A stretch of 64,000 nucleotides of DNA from Tubiluchus corallicola (taxonomy: Eukaryota > Animalia > Priapulida). The position numbers were made by a program, and so were the translations under genes. The DNA is taken from positions 207,839 through 271,838 of the forward strand of contig JAQGDQ010000318.1 in the NCBI GenBank assembly GCA_030141605.1. Reading direction: 5' to 3'. Positions 13,670-27,300 of the stretch are shown here, in pieces (position 1 is the stretch's first letter; each line of letters begins with the position of its first letter). The notes under the pieces were generated by a model. That model was not told the DNA's origin and ran no database searches. It saw nothing but the letters and a program-made list of their open reading frames with translations.

Positions 13670-14880
13670 CTGCAATAATGACAATAATTAGAAGAAATTA
13701 TGACGTAATAACAATTAACTATCACATCACGCTTAATAAAGGAGCTTTTCGAAATTATTGGAACAATTTGTATCTGTCAATCACATGACAGACGAAATTT
13801 TTGTACAGCTATTATACCTACAACCCATATATAAGGAGTGACCAGCTAAGTGCTTGCGGTGTGCTAGCTATTAACAGACCACATATGTGCTGCTCTTTTG
13901 TTTGGAACAAAGGAAAAAAGGTTGTTTGGAAAAGAGAAAGAAAGCGTAATAAGAGGACAACATTTCAAAATAAAATCAACAATTTTTCATGAGTTTCATA
14001 CAGTCGATTGAATGTGTCCAACCGACTGTTTCAAAAACCAAAATGAGAAGTGTAAATTTCCGAATTAAAAAGCAAAATGTAGTCTATGTAGACAATGAAC
14101 TTTCATCTATTTGCGGCGTACTAACTAATTGAAGCCAAAGCCATAACTATTTGTGGCGTGCTACTGATAAATGGCAAACACAGAATAGACGAAAGTGTTT
14201 CATATTTATAACTATTTTCAAGATGCAAAAGTCTAAAAGAAAGAAGGGTACCCAAAGTAGGTTTCAGAAAACTCGCCTTGAAAAATTATATTACATTATG
14301 GAAATCTTTTGCGTATATCGTACTTGTGTTAAAAGGATTTTTTGTTTGTTTTCATTTTAAATCTCCCGCAATACTGTTCCGACGGCGCCATTACATGACG
14401 ACATATATGCACAATGTAAATCAGAGGAAGAAAAGTACATGTTAAATTATGTCCCAAAAAACTTTCCATGCAAATCTATGTTACTTAGCATTTTGCTTAC
14501 CTGCTGGAAAGAGAGAGAGAGATGCAAGTGATGCAGATGAAGATGCTTTTCAATGCAAGTGAGGCGGAGAATGATAATGATACAGATGAAGATACTTTTC
14601 AATGCAAGTGATGCAGAAAATGATGATGATGCAGCTGAAGATGCTTTTTAATGCAAGTGATGCAGAGAATGATAATGATGCAGATGAAGATGCTTTTAAG
14701 TAATGTAGGTGCTTCAAGTCCCCATCTAAAGGTAAAGAAATTGTGGAAAAGAAAATTCATACGATGTACAAAAATACTTTTTGTAATAATTTCAGCGATT
14801 AGCTAATTTACTAGAATACGAGGAGAGAGAGTGGGGGGAGAGAATGAGAGAGAAAAGCGTAAATGATCAAAGAAAAGAAA

Positions 14881-14968
<88 letters not shown>

Positions 14969-15392
14969 AGAGCAGAGAGAGAGAGAGGAAAAAACGAGGG
15001 AAGGGAAGCAGAAACGAGAAAAAATGTGTGGTTCAAAATGTTACACCACCCTGCTTTCCTTTAATCTACTTTTTAAAATTAAAATGAAATAGACCTCGAG
15101 GAAAATATTTTTAAAAAATTAATTATGAGCACCACATCACGTTTAAGATAGGTACTCTTCATAAATTGAAAATTTTACTGGTGCCGTGACTAGTTAGTCA
15201 ATTTTTGCAAGCAACAACCTATTTGTAAAGAAACTCGGAGTAAGTGATTGTGGTGTGCTAGCTGTAACAGGTTATTTCAGAGGGGCAACAGATGCTGCAG
15301 AGGTTTATGAATATCCTTACTAATCATCTAATGTAAATTTTCTGTTAAGTGTGCTTAACTAAATTATTATTAGAACTATTTATTATTATTGT

Positions 15393-15472
<80 letters not shown>

Positions 15473-18400
15473 CAACAACAACAAAATACTTTTTATTTTT
15501 TCAAATAAAAAGCTAATACAATTTATAATGTAGCGGGTCGCTTAAGAAAAGGATATTTTCTTGTTAAAAAGAATTTAAAGAAAAACTTCTGTAAAGCAAA
15601 CTTATAAAGGGTGTCGAGCGGAAAAACGTCCTCAACCTGGAACTGCCACGATCAACCCGTTTAGCCTTTCTGCAAATCCCTCTGTTTACAATTTAATCAA
15701 CAAAACTGGTGTTTTCAGGTATTTTGAAATTCAGAAATTAATTTTGCAAATCATTGCATGGATTATCTACAGTATTAAAATCAATAATCCTGTCAACAGG
15801 AGATAATGCATTGACTTCCGCACATGGTAAAACAATCATCGTCTGTGTGGGGTTGGGTAGTGTGTGGGGTGGGGAGAGTCAACTCTGAAGGCTCGAAATG
15901 GCAGGAGAAGGGTAGGATCTGAATTTAATAAATCTTCATAAAAGCTTTCAGTCAGTGAAATATACATTCATATCTCGCTTTGCTGGACAAAAGCGGGGAG
16001 ACGTCGGTCCGTGTTTTACGATGCTAAACAAACATGGTAGGCGCCGTGTGTTAGATTCACGATAACAGAATCAATCGTCTAATTGTCTCAGAAACGTCTA
16101 GTACGGGTCGCTCCCGTGCAATAGTACATAAAAACAGTCGACAATTGACTCAAAAGACTACGCATAATTGACTCTATATTTTTCTACACGGGATGCCCAC
16201 ACTGTATCTCGACACTAGGCGGAGGAGCTGCACAAGCAGGCAACGGCTAGAGGGCGGAGGAGATCAAGTGACCCAATGGCCATGTGTAGAGGAGTAAACC
16301 ATCCAAATCAGGAGTGGAGCCCCGAAGGCGGACCAGTGCAGCATGCTCACTGACTCCGGCAGCTCCTGCAGCCAACCTGGTGCCAAACGTATCACTCCGC
16401 TTTCCTTCGGATTACACCAGCGAGGAAGAGAGGGGGTTCCTGTTGTCTGGGCAACTCAGAATCTCCATACACCTTGCCCAGGCTTGCGCCCTGGAGACGT
16501 TAAAGGATCGCACTGCTCAGCCACAGTCGACGCTGCAGCTCCATCAATGTGATCAATAACTGACTCTCTTGGCGCACACTCCATTGTCTTCCGAGACAGA
16601 AGGATGCCAACCATTTTTCTACACAGAGATATACACGTGGTTACACTGACGCACGTGATGTAAACAAAGTGACCGCCAACTAGCGGTCAGCTCGCGAAAC
16701 AACGGACTGTTTGTGTCTTTAGTATGCGGGACTTTTAAAGGATCAGATTTTGTCCGATTTTTCTGATATCCGTAAAAGCGAGGCCCGGGAAACCGAGATA
16801 TGAGAGCACAGGGTGGAACATAACATTTTCCTAGGGGGTACAGACGCAAGGAGTGATATTGCAGGGTAGTTATCTATTTTAGTCTGAAAGTTTAGTGTAG
16901 AAGGTAAAAAGCCAAGAAATTCCATAGACATGGTGATGTAAAAAGCGCTAAAATACCTGCCGAATGTTGTGGGTTTCCTGGGTTGTGTTTTGTCATGTAT
17001 TTTAATGTTCATTTTTTCTGCTTAGTTATGTATTTTAATTTTCATTTTGTGTTTAGTTATGTATTTAAATGTTTATTTTGTGCTTACTTATGTATTATAA
17101 TGTTCATTTTGTGTTTACTTATGTATTATAATGTTTATTTTGTGTTTAGTCATGTATTTTAACGTTCATTTTTTGTGCTTAGTTATGTATTTTAATGTTC
17201 ATTTTGTGTTTAGTAATGTATTTTAATGTTCATTTTGTGTTTAGTTATGTGTTTAGATGTTTATTTTGTGTGTAGTTATGTATTTAAATGTTTATTTTGT
17301 GTTTAGTTATGTATTTAAATGTTTATTTTGTGTTTAGTTATGTATTTTAATGTTTATTTTGTGTTTAGTTATGTATTTAAATGTTCACTTTGTGTTTAGT
17401 TATGTATTTAAATGTTTATTTTGTGCTTACTTATGTATTATAATGGTCATTTTGTGTTTAATTATGTATTATAATGTTCATTTTGTGTTTTAGTCATGTA
17501 TTTTAACGTTCATTTTTTGTGCTTAGTTATGTATTTTAATGTTCATTTTGTGTTTAGTAATGTATTTTAATGTTCATTTTGTGTTTAGTTATGTGTTTAG
17601 ATGTTTATTTTGTGTGTAGTTAAATGTTCATTTTGCATTTTTTTGTTTTTCTTTTTTGCTTAGGGATTTTTTTTTATTTGTTGTCCTAATTTTTGTGATA
17701 AAGAATAACCTTCGTGTAATTGACAGTTAATGCTGCCATTTCATTTTGTGTCAATTAAACAATTATTGTCACTGGATCATCGCTGTCGTCATCGTCATGG
17801 TCATAGTCTTACCTTTGACTCCAAACTATCATAGTCTAAGTTGTTTTCTCCATCTGAAGATGCGCATGCGCTCTTGTGACGAGTAGTGGCCTTACATCCA
17901 AATGACAGCAACAGTTGCAAACACTGAAAGTGAAAAAGTACAACTAGTAGAAACGATAATAGCGATGATAATGATGACAACAATGACAACGGCAGCAACA
18001 TAATGGCGTTGATAACGGTAACGATGTTGAAAACAGTAACATTGGCAAAGGCAACGACAGCTGCAGTGAATTACCGTCACTGCCAAATTGCAGTTAGGAT
18101 GACCTTGACCTTTGATAAGTTGTCAGAGTGACCTTGACTTGTGAAAATCGACTTTAAAAAGAGCAGTTTTTGCTTAAAGGATGATTGTGTAAAGATTTCA
18201 GAATGAAAAATGCTCAAATTGAAAACTACAATAACTTATTTTAAATCAAAGTTTAGAATAAATAATAATTACCTCGTATACTCAAATTTTGTTAAACATT
18301 CAAAGCTACACGTGGCTCAGTGAATCTACTAAGATTCGCAATGGCGCCTTTTTGTCGCGAGCGCGTGGCCGACAAATAAAAGGCGGTACCGTGATAAGCA

Positions 18401-21400
18401 TGATCATGAACTGCAGTGTTAGTTTCTGACGTCATGTGATGTAGAGCCCATTTTCGTGACATCATGCATTTAAACAGTAACACTTACGCAAACGTGCTTG
18501 ACGCACAAGAGAAGATGTCTACCATTGCATAAACTGTGGTAAGTTTCTGACGTCATATGACGTAGAGCCCATTTCTGTGACAACACGCATTTTTAGGCAG
18601 TAACAGTTACGTGCAAGGGAAGATGACTGCCATTGCACAAACTGTGGTTAGTTTCTGACGTAAGCAATAGCTGTTAATTAACCGTTAATTAAATTTCTAA
18701 GCTAATTATTCAAATACCAGAAACAATTGCTAACTTTTATAGGCAAGAAAATGTATATTTTGTGCAATAAATTAAAATGAGATTAAACATAGACAATCGT
18801 CTCGTCTTCCTTAATACGTGTAGACCCTTATATAAGCCTGGAAGGTCAAACCGTCTGTGGTGTGTTAAATTTCTTGAAAAAATAAACGCCATGAGAATTA
18901 TACACATGTATTTCAGGTTAATTTCTTTAATGGAAGCTTCGGACATAAGCGCTTGTGGTGTATTGTGGTGTAAGTTAATGAAAACTCCTTATTAAATTTA
19001 GTTATGCATTTTATCCACTAGTCTCTGAGATATGAGGAATTTTCTAAATCGACTACCTCCCTGTGACCCTGACTTTTGGGGGTGGCACCCTTCGAGCTCC
19101 TCGTGACCATGACCTTTGACCCATCATTCACCCTTCAGTGACATTTGCGACAGTGTCCTTATGCACACCTTTGCATGAGCAACAACAAAAACTATTCGTG
19201 TTCAGGTTTTAGTAGTGATACTACTGCGCTGGTGAGTGATCCCAATTTCCACTTAGCAACGAAAGTCAAGCACTGTTAAACCTGTTAGTAAATGGACAGT
19301 GGACAGACGATTGCCAGAAACATAGCCCTAAGTGCCATAAACATCTGAACGTGGTTAAGAGAATTCCAAAGAGTCCCATCGTGCGAAAATATTTCCCATG
19401 GGAATTCCCATGGACAAGTCCGTGATCAATACGCAAATGGATTCTCCTCCTCATTGCACATTATGTGGGATTATTTTCATCAATGATTTCAAAAAATTAT
19501 CTACATTTTTACTAAATAGTGAGTTGGTGACCAGCTCACGTGGCGACATCTAGTAAACGAAGAAAACCTTACCGACCAAGAGTCTCCCATTGATTGTTCT
19601 GCAAAAACAATTAAACATCGAAATCAGCTCGAGATTATTTGAACCTAATTCATCTTATGCATTCAATTTTAATCACATTTTCTTCAACAATAATCTCAAC
19701 AGGGCTGAATCCAATCAAGACACATGTGAAACTACGAGAAACCTTCACTTCTGTCACTGTCACGCTTCCGAAAATAGCACCACCTTCCACACTTTCCGAA
19801 GTCACACTAATCCCAAGATCACCAGTTTTTTGGTATTTTTTCGTTTCAGTCAGCATTAAAGAAACTTAAACGTGCTGTAATAGCAAAGCTCGTGAAAGCA
19901 CATCATGAATCACCCAAATCACGAATCCATTTTCAGCTAGGATCGTGTTCTTCAGCTTGCTGTATTTACATAGAAATTATCCAATTTTGCCAAAACAACT
20001 AGGCGGTCTATCGGGGGGTCAGTGATCTCATCAAAGGAGCTGTAATTGTTCCGGCATCGGGGTTTTGTTTTTGTAAAACACGCGTGGAAGTTGTTAACGA
20101 TTCCATGGATACTGTTTCCTCCTGGTGACAGACACAGAGAACCATGTAGAGGGCCTTGGAGTATTCACCTGTTGGAATTCACAGACTCTGTGCACTGTAA
20201 GTTCACTAAAACAGGTAACAAAATTGTTCAAGATTCTAGAGACAATGCTGTCGTCTAGTGTCAGACACAGAGAAACATGTTGAGGGCCTTGGAGTAATAA
20301 CTGTAGGAATTCTTAGACTTCGTGGACTGTAAGTTCACTAAAGCAGGTTACAGAATTGTTCAAAACTCTAGAGACAATGCTGCCGTCTAGTGTCAGACAC
20401 AGAGAAACATGTTGAGGGCCTTGGAGTAATAACTGTAGGAATTCTCAGACTTCGTGGACTGTAAGTTCACTAAAGCATATTACAGAATTGTTAACGATTC
20501 CAGAGACAATGCTGCCCTCTATTGTCAGACACAGAGAACACATGTGGAGGACCTTGGAGTAATCATCATGTAGGAATTTTTAGACTTCGTGGATTGTAAG
20601 TTCACTAAAGCAGGTACAAAATTGTTCAAGACTCCAGAGACAATGCTGCCGTCTAGTGTCAGACACAGAGAAACATGTGGAGGGCCTTGGAGTAATCATC
20701 TGTAGGAATTCTCAAACTCTGTGCACTGTAAGTTCACTAAAGCAGGTTACAGAATTGTTAACGACTCCAGAGACAATGCTGCCCTCTACTGGACTCCAGA
20801 GACAATATTTCCTCCTAGTGTCAGACACATTAGCATTACAATGAATGTAATTGCCTATTTAATGTATCATTATGACAGTTCCTAATGCTATTCAATATTG
20901 ACAATTTTACGTTTAAAGGAAGACAGGATGATTTTTCAGTTTCAAGTACGATAAAAAGTAAACATTTTAACATAATTAATACTGCAAAAGCGTTTCTGAT
21001 AATTAAATAATAGATTAAATACTTAATTAATAGCGGGCGACCCCAACTATTGATGCGTCACAAGCGAACATAATTTTCAACATCAAAGATATTGCACGAG
21101 CCTGTTGCACGTGTTTGGGAAAGCAAAAATTATAGTACACTGCTACTGTAAGATATTCAGTGCGCTGTACTAAAACTAAGCAAGTTTTAAGATAACAATT
21201 CAAATTTCAAATTCACCGCTGTGCTCACGTATGAGCTGTCGAACGTGGGTAGTTCGTCACTGACACATCTGAACTAAGTGGTACAACACTTGTTTTTTGT
21301 GCAAGGCGTTTCCGAAATGCAGGCGCTATTGCCCGTCTAACTAGCGAATGGCAAAATGCAAGTAAAAGAGAAGAAGAATTAGTGACGCGAACGTGAAATT

Positions 21401-22023
21401 GTGTTTGTGTGGTAATAATTCTTTCACGTGGGTCATTTTCAAAAAAAATTGTGTTTCCTTTCAATATTTTAACGAGCAGATTGTTTCTACCTACAGTCTA
21501 AGATTGGGTCCAGTTTTGATTTAAGTAATTTGATTTGATCTGAGCCGCGGGACTAACTCGTGTAACTCTTGTCTGGGTCAGTTTAACCTTCGAGTTATTA
21601 TATACGCTGATAACATTACAGCACAGAAAGCTTCTATTGTGTGTGCTGTAACAGGTGCTGTAGTTGCACGTAATCGAATCACTTTTACTGTTGCCTTTGT
21701 AAACGATCAGAAATGTAAAAATAACTTCCTCGATTAGATATGAGTGGGTCAGACTGGGGGAGGGGGAAGGGGTAACTGTATCAGACAAAGAAGGGTTGGT
21801 TTAAAGCAACTGTTCATTTTGATTGAGTGCAGGTTGGTAACGAGGATGCTGTGGCCTGTGGGACATTTAGTGAAGGAAATAAAAGGGAAGGTGTAAAAGG
21901 GGAGTGGGGCGAAAGCAAGAAGAGGAACAAGGAAAGAGAAAAATTAGGAAAGAAGAAGAAAAGAAAAAGAATAAGACAGACAGCTTTGGAGGGAGGGAGC
22001 GAGAGTACAAGAAAAAGAGAGTG

Positions 22024-22062
<39 letters not shown>

Positions 22063-22736
22063 TAAGGCAAGTGAGAGAGAGAGAGAGAGCGAGAGAAAGA
22101 GAAAGAGCGGAAGAGAGAGAAAGAGCAAGTGAGAGAGAGAGAGAGAGAGAGAGAGAGTGAGAGAAAAAAGCGAGAGAGCGGGAGAGAGAGTGTGCGAGAG
22201 AGTAAGTGAATGAGTGAGAGAGAAAGATACAGAGAGAGAGAGGGAGAGAAAGAGAGTGAAAGAGAGAGCGAGAGAGAGAGAGAGAGAGAGAAAGAGAGCG
22301 GGGGAGAGAGAGCATGAGAGAGAGTGAATGAGTGAGAGAGAAAGATAGAGCGAAAGAGAGAGAGAGAGAGCGAGTGAGAGAGAGAGAGGAGAGAGTGAAT
22401 GAGTGAGAGAGAAACAGAGCGAGAGAGAGCGGGAGAGGGTGAGAAAGAGAGTGAATGAGTGAGAGAGAAAAATAGAGCGAGAGAGAGAAAGAGAGAGAGC
22501 GAGTGGCAGAGAGCGAGAGAGAGAGAGAGGAGAGAGTGACAGACAGAGAGAGAGGATAGAGTGAGAAGGAGAGAAATCATAGAGACCAGGCACCTAAAAA
22601 AACAGGAAGAAAGAAAGAAACACAGAAAGAAAAAGAGAGAAAGAAAGTGAGAGAAATAAGACAACTAGATAAAAACAGAAAACAGAAAAAAAGAAAGAAA
22701 GAAAGAAAGAAAAATAATGTAAGTAAGTACGTAAGT

Positions 22737-22782
<46 letters not shown>

Positions 22783-24284
22783 CAAAGAAACAAAGAAAGA
22801 AAGAGAGAGAAAGAGAGAGAGAAAGAAAAAGAATGAAAGAGAGAAAAAAAGAAAGAGGGAAGGAAATTGCCAGGAAGAAAGAAACAGAGATAGAGAGAAA
22901 ACGAAAAAGGAATGAAGGATAACAAGGAAATACACACGAAGAAATGAAAGAAGGAAAAAAGGTGGAGAAAAAGAAAAAAAGACGAGTAAAAAAACGGAAG
23001 AACAAATCAACGAATGTCTGAATGAAAATCACCTTCAAATTTCCATGTTCGGCGGCTCCATGAAGGGGCGTTAAATTTTCATTGTTTGATTCGCATTTAG
23101 CACCTCTCCCCAACAACCACTGCAAGACCTACAAAACACCAAATTTGTACTTAAATCTTACATAAATTAGCATAAATTATCATTTAGAAACCTATTAATA
23201 ATTATTAAAACTTGTAATCCTAAGGTTAAATTACTTTACATTAATTAAGACACTCTGAGATTTAAAATTACAAATTACATTACTTTAAAACGACTTTACA
23301 TAACATTAATTAAATTAGGCTGAAGTTTAAATTACATTACATTTAAAATTTAATTTAAAATTGAAAAAATGCTACCGTTAAATGTACATATAAAAATGTT
23401 AAATGTTTTTAAATGTACATTAGTAGCTGTTTGGTCTATTTTATTGAAATGTCGTTATTATTTATTTTTAATTTTATTAATTTTGTTTTTTTATTCTTTA
23501 TTTCAGCTCGAAGACGGTACGCTCCATAAGTCATAAAAAGTAATTAATAATAAAGCTATTGTAAAACTACAGACGTAACACATAATACATTGACTGCCCA
23601 ACCTTGGATGTTAAAGTTATAACTACAGACGTAATACATAATACATTACATAATACATTGACTGCCCAACCTTAGATGTTAAAGTGATAACCCCAGACAT
23701 AACACATAAAACATTGACTGCCCAGCCTTAGATGTTAAAGGGAAAACTACAGACTCAACACATAATACATTGACTGCCCAGCCTTAGATGTTAAAGGGAA
23801 AACTACAGACTCAACACATAATACATTGACTGCCCAACCTTAGATGTTAAAGTGATAACCCCAGACATAACACATAAAACATTGACTGCCCAACGTTGCA
23901 TATTAAAGTGATAACTACAGACATAACACATAATACATTGACTGCCCAACCTTGCATATTAAAGTGAATTAAAATAAATATATATATATATAAATAAAAC
24001 TTTTGAAAATTGTATGAATACCTTATCTAAAATGAAAAAAGCCCACTTATGTACTGGATTTGGATATGGCATTCAAAAATTTTTCAAAAGTATTTTCTTA
24101 ACTTTTAGCTCAATTTTAATAATAACTTTCAGTGCTACGTTAACACCCAGCATTAAGTGTTTGTGGTGTGTTAGACCTGAATCACTACGACACAAAGATT
24201 TTCATTTATTTAACACTTAAACACATCAGGATTAATTAACTGAAATTTTTTACAAAATTGTCTTCGCATTTATATCTAATTTTA

Positions 24285-24333
<49 letters not shown>

Positions 24334-27300
24334 CTATTCTGCTGTTTTCCCACTTTTAATGCTACGAGCGTTTGTTGCACATTAACGTTCAGCATTAAGC
24401 GTTTGTGGTGTGTTATTACTGTGCTGTTCTCGCATATCATTCAGCACAGGCAATATTTGCTGTCTTCCATTCTACTATAACATGAAAATTCCTGGTGTTC
24501 AGTTTTCTGTATTTTGTCGCTAAGCTACAGCAAAAATAGCTATCACACTATTTGCAAACTGTTTACATCAGCTGTGAATCCTACCTGGTAGTGACCTCTA
24601 GCGGCGGCATAATACAACGCCGTGTTTCCTCTTTCGTCCTTGTAATCGATGTTTTTGTTACCTGGCTCCACCTACAGGAAATTAAAGTGAACTATAAAAA
24701 AACCAACAAGTGGCTGAAACGCATTAACATCTGAGTAAACGGTCAATAATTAATTAACTCAACTAATTAAAGATTAATAGGTAAAGGTTACTAAATAATC
24801 TAATAATTCTAATTAATAGATAACGAATCGTCTCTTTTTTTCAAAAAAATGACAGAAGGGACGTATCGAACTCAGTGCTCGATAAAAACTCTTTTCCATC
24901 CTGTGGAAGTTGTAATTGTATATTTTTTAGGTGCTGCCATCTATGAACTAATCCTTTTACATTTTACTAGCTAAACTCACCCCCAGTATAATTATACGGT
25001 CCAGTGAATGCATATTCACTGGATCTCTCCCTATTTTACAGTAATGGGTTTTGTGAAGCCAAGTTTGCATAATCACCTATGCCTATATATACTGACTGGA
25101 TTTACTTTCTAGTCACTGTCTAACTCTCAATGTTCAGTGCAGGACACTCTCACTCTCATTCACAGTGTTCAGTGCAGTAGTCATTATACTCTCATGTGTA
25201 TGTAGTCTAATAAACACTTTTCAGTTTTGTGCAAATATGCAGTATAGTTTTTTATTCTTGTTCTACAAAGTGAGTGATCTACAACTTTAAACATGACTTT
25301 CACACATCCTACCAGTTGCATCGGTACCTCGTTTAACCGAAACTAACACACTTGCACACTTGATGAAGCTGCTGAAAACTCACAGAGCCACCTTTTGGCG
25401 AAATAGTGAAATGCCGACATTATAAAACCTTGTTTCTGATCTAACAGCCCCATCACGTAGCCAACACAGTAACTAATTCATCTTTAATTAAATTTTAAAA
25501 AGTTAATTAATTTCATTAATCACCAGCTCATTTTCTAACAGAATTAATTAGAATTTCATAATTATTAAATTAACTTAAATTAAAGCTATACGAAATATAC
25601 ACTTCGAAACGTTACTAAACATTTTTTTAAATTATTATTGATAATTGCGATGTACATAAACGATTCCAATTATCAGTTAATGATGTTTACACCAGGTCGT
25701 CTTTTGAAATGCGGAAGTTGGTGCTTTGACTGGTGGACCTTTGTCTGTGATCAGCGTTTGACCGGTGATCCTTTAACCGATGGACCCTTTAACTAGTGGA
25801 ACTTTGACCGAGGATACTTTGACTTGTGATCCTTTAACCGTTGGAACTTTGTCTGTTGATTTTTTAGCTGGGGTTGCTGTGACAGGTGGACCTTTGTCTG
25901 TGATGAGCATTTCACTGGTAGACCTTTTTTGACTGTATGTCTTTTGACCAGAGGCCCTTTAACCGGTGGACCTTTGATTAGCAGTCCTTTGACCAGAGGT
26001 CCTTAAACCGGTGGAACTTTAACTAGGGGTCCTTTAATTTGCAATGCTTTGACAGGTGAGCCTATGTCTGGTGGTTCCTTTGACTGGGACTGCTTTGACG
26101 GGTGGCACTTTGTCTGGCAGTTTTTTCACCACCTACCTACATCCGCCATGATGAACTTCGGAACACCCCGTTGTCCTGTACTATTCGACAATCTGTACAC
26201 TCGATGGTGGGACTTTAAAACAGAACTTAATTTTCCCATCACCTATTTGCTCGCTGACCAGCCTCGGCGCTGCTTAACTCACACATCTTCAATTTCATTT
26301 CTTTTCGCTTAGCCTACCCCGTATCGCCAGGCTGCGTTTTTCTCAAACGTTGAAACTAATCAACACACAACACACCTGTTGAACTCACCTGTTCACACCT
26401 GACCACTGCTGCCGATGTTTGCTGAGTGTTTTACCTGAGAATTACAGCTACAGGTAAGCACGCAGGTAAACCCAACTCAATAGCCTCAACAAATCCATTA
26501 CCTGCCGTTTGGGACAACGGTATGTACCAAAAGTAATTATAACTGTCATTTCTACAGTTATTTGCCTTGGTTATACCGGGTGGCGCAAAAAAGTGTCGCT
26601 TGCAGAGTCGAAGAAGATTGCAAGAGTCGCTTGAAAATGATGTTACACGCGTTTATGACTAAGCATCAAAATTTTCCTTAGATTATAAGAATTATTTACT
26701 TTTGAGAACTTTTGCCTGTTTCTGTTTTAAAAGAACACAGGATGTTTTTCCATACACTACCCCAGTTTCAAGTACGAAAAAAGTATACATTTTAACAAAA
26801 TTAATACTGCAAAAGCGTTTCTGATAATTAAATTACAGATCAAAATCCTAATTAACATCAGGCGAGCCCAACTGTTGATGACATCACAAACTAGCATAAT
26901 TTTCAACAGCGAAAATATTCCATTCACGTGTTGCACGTGTTCGCGAAAGCGAAAACTGAAGTACAGTACTACTGTAAGGTATTCAGTGCGTTGTACTAAA
27001 ACTAGGCATGTTTTAAGACAAAACTTCAAATTCACGCATGAGCTGTAGAACGTGTGCAGTTCGTCACAAACTAACACAATTGAACTGAGAAGTACAGCAC
27101 TTGTTTTTTGTGCAACACGTTTTCGAAATGCAGGCGCTAGTGCCCATCTAACTAGCAAATGTTAACATGTTTCGTTTCAATATTTTAAAAAGCGGGTTGT
27201 GTTCACCTACAGTTTAGGGTTGTGTCCGGTTTTCCTTTAGCTGTCAACAAGTCCAAAGCAATATGTCAGCGCATAAGCAAAATAGGGAATTACCTATTAA

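Noticed and set aside
21814-21855. Acceptor cccacag opening ATASSLPTCTQSK*
   Set aside because: Phase-compatible but very short; the pyrimidine tract is microsatellite-derived and there is no other support.
25355-25410. ttgatgaagc...ggcgaaa hammerhead-like words
   Set aside because: Core is not CUGANGA and the stems do not close.
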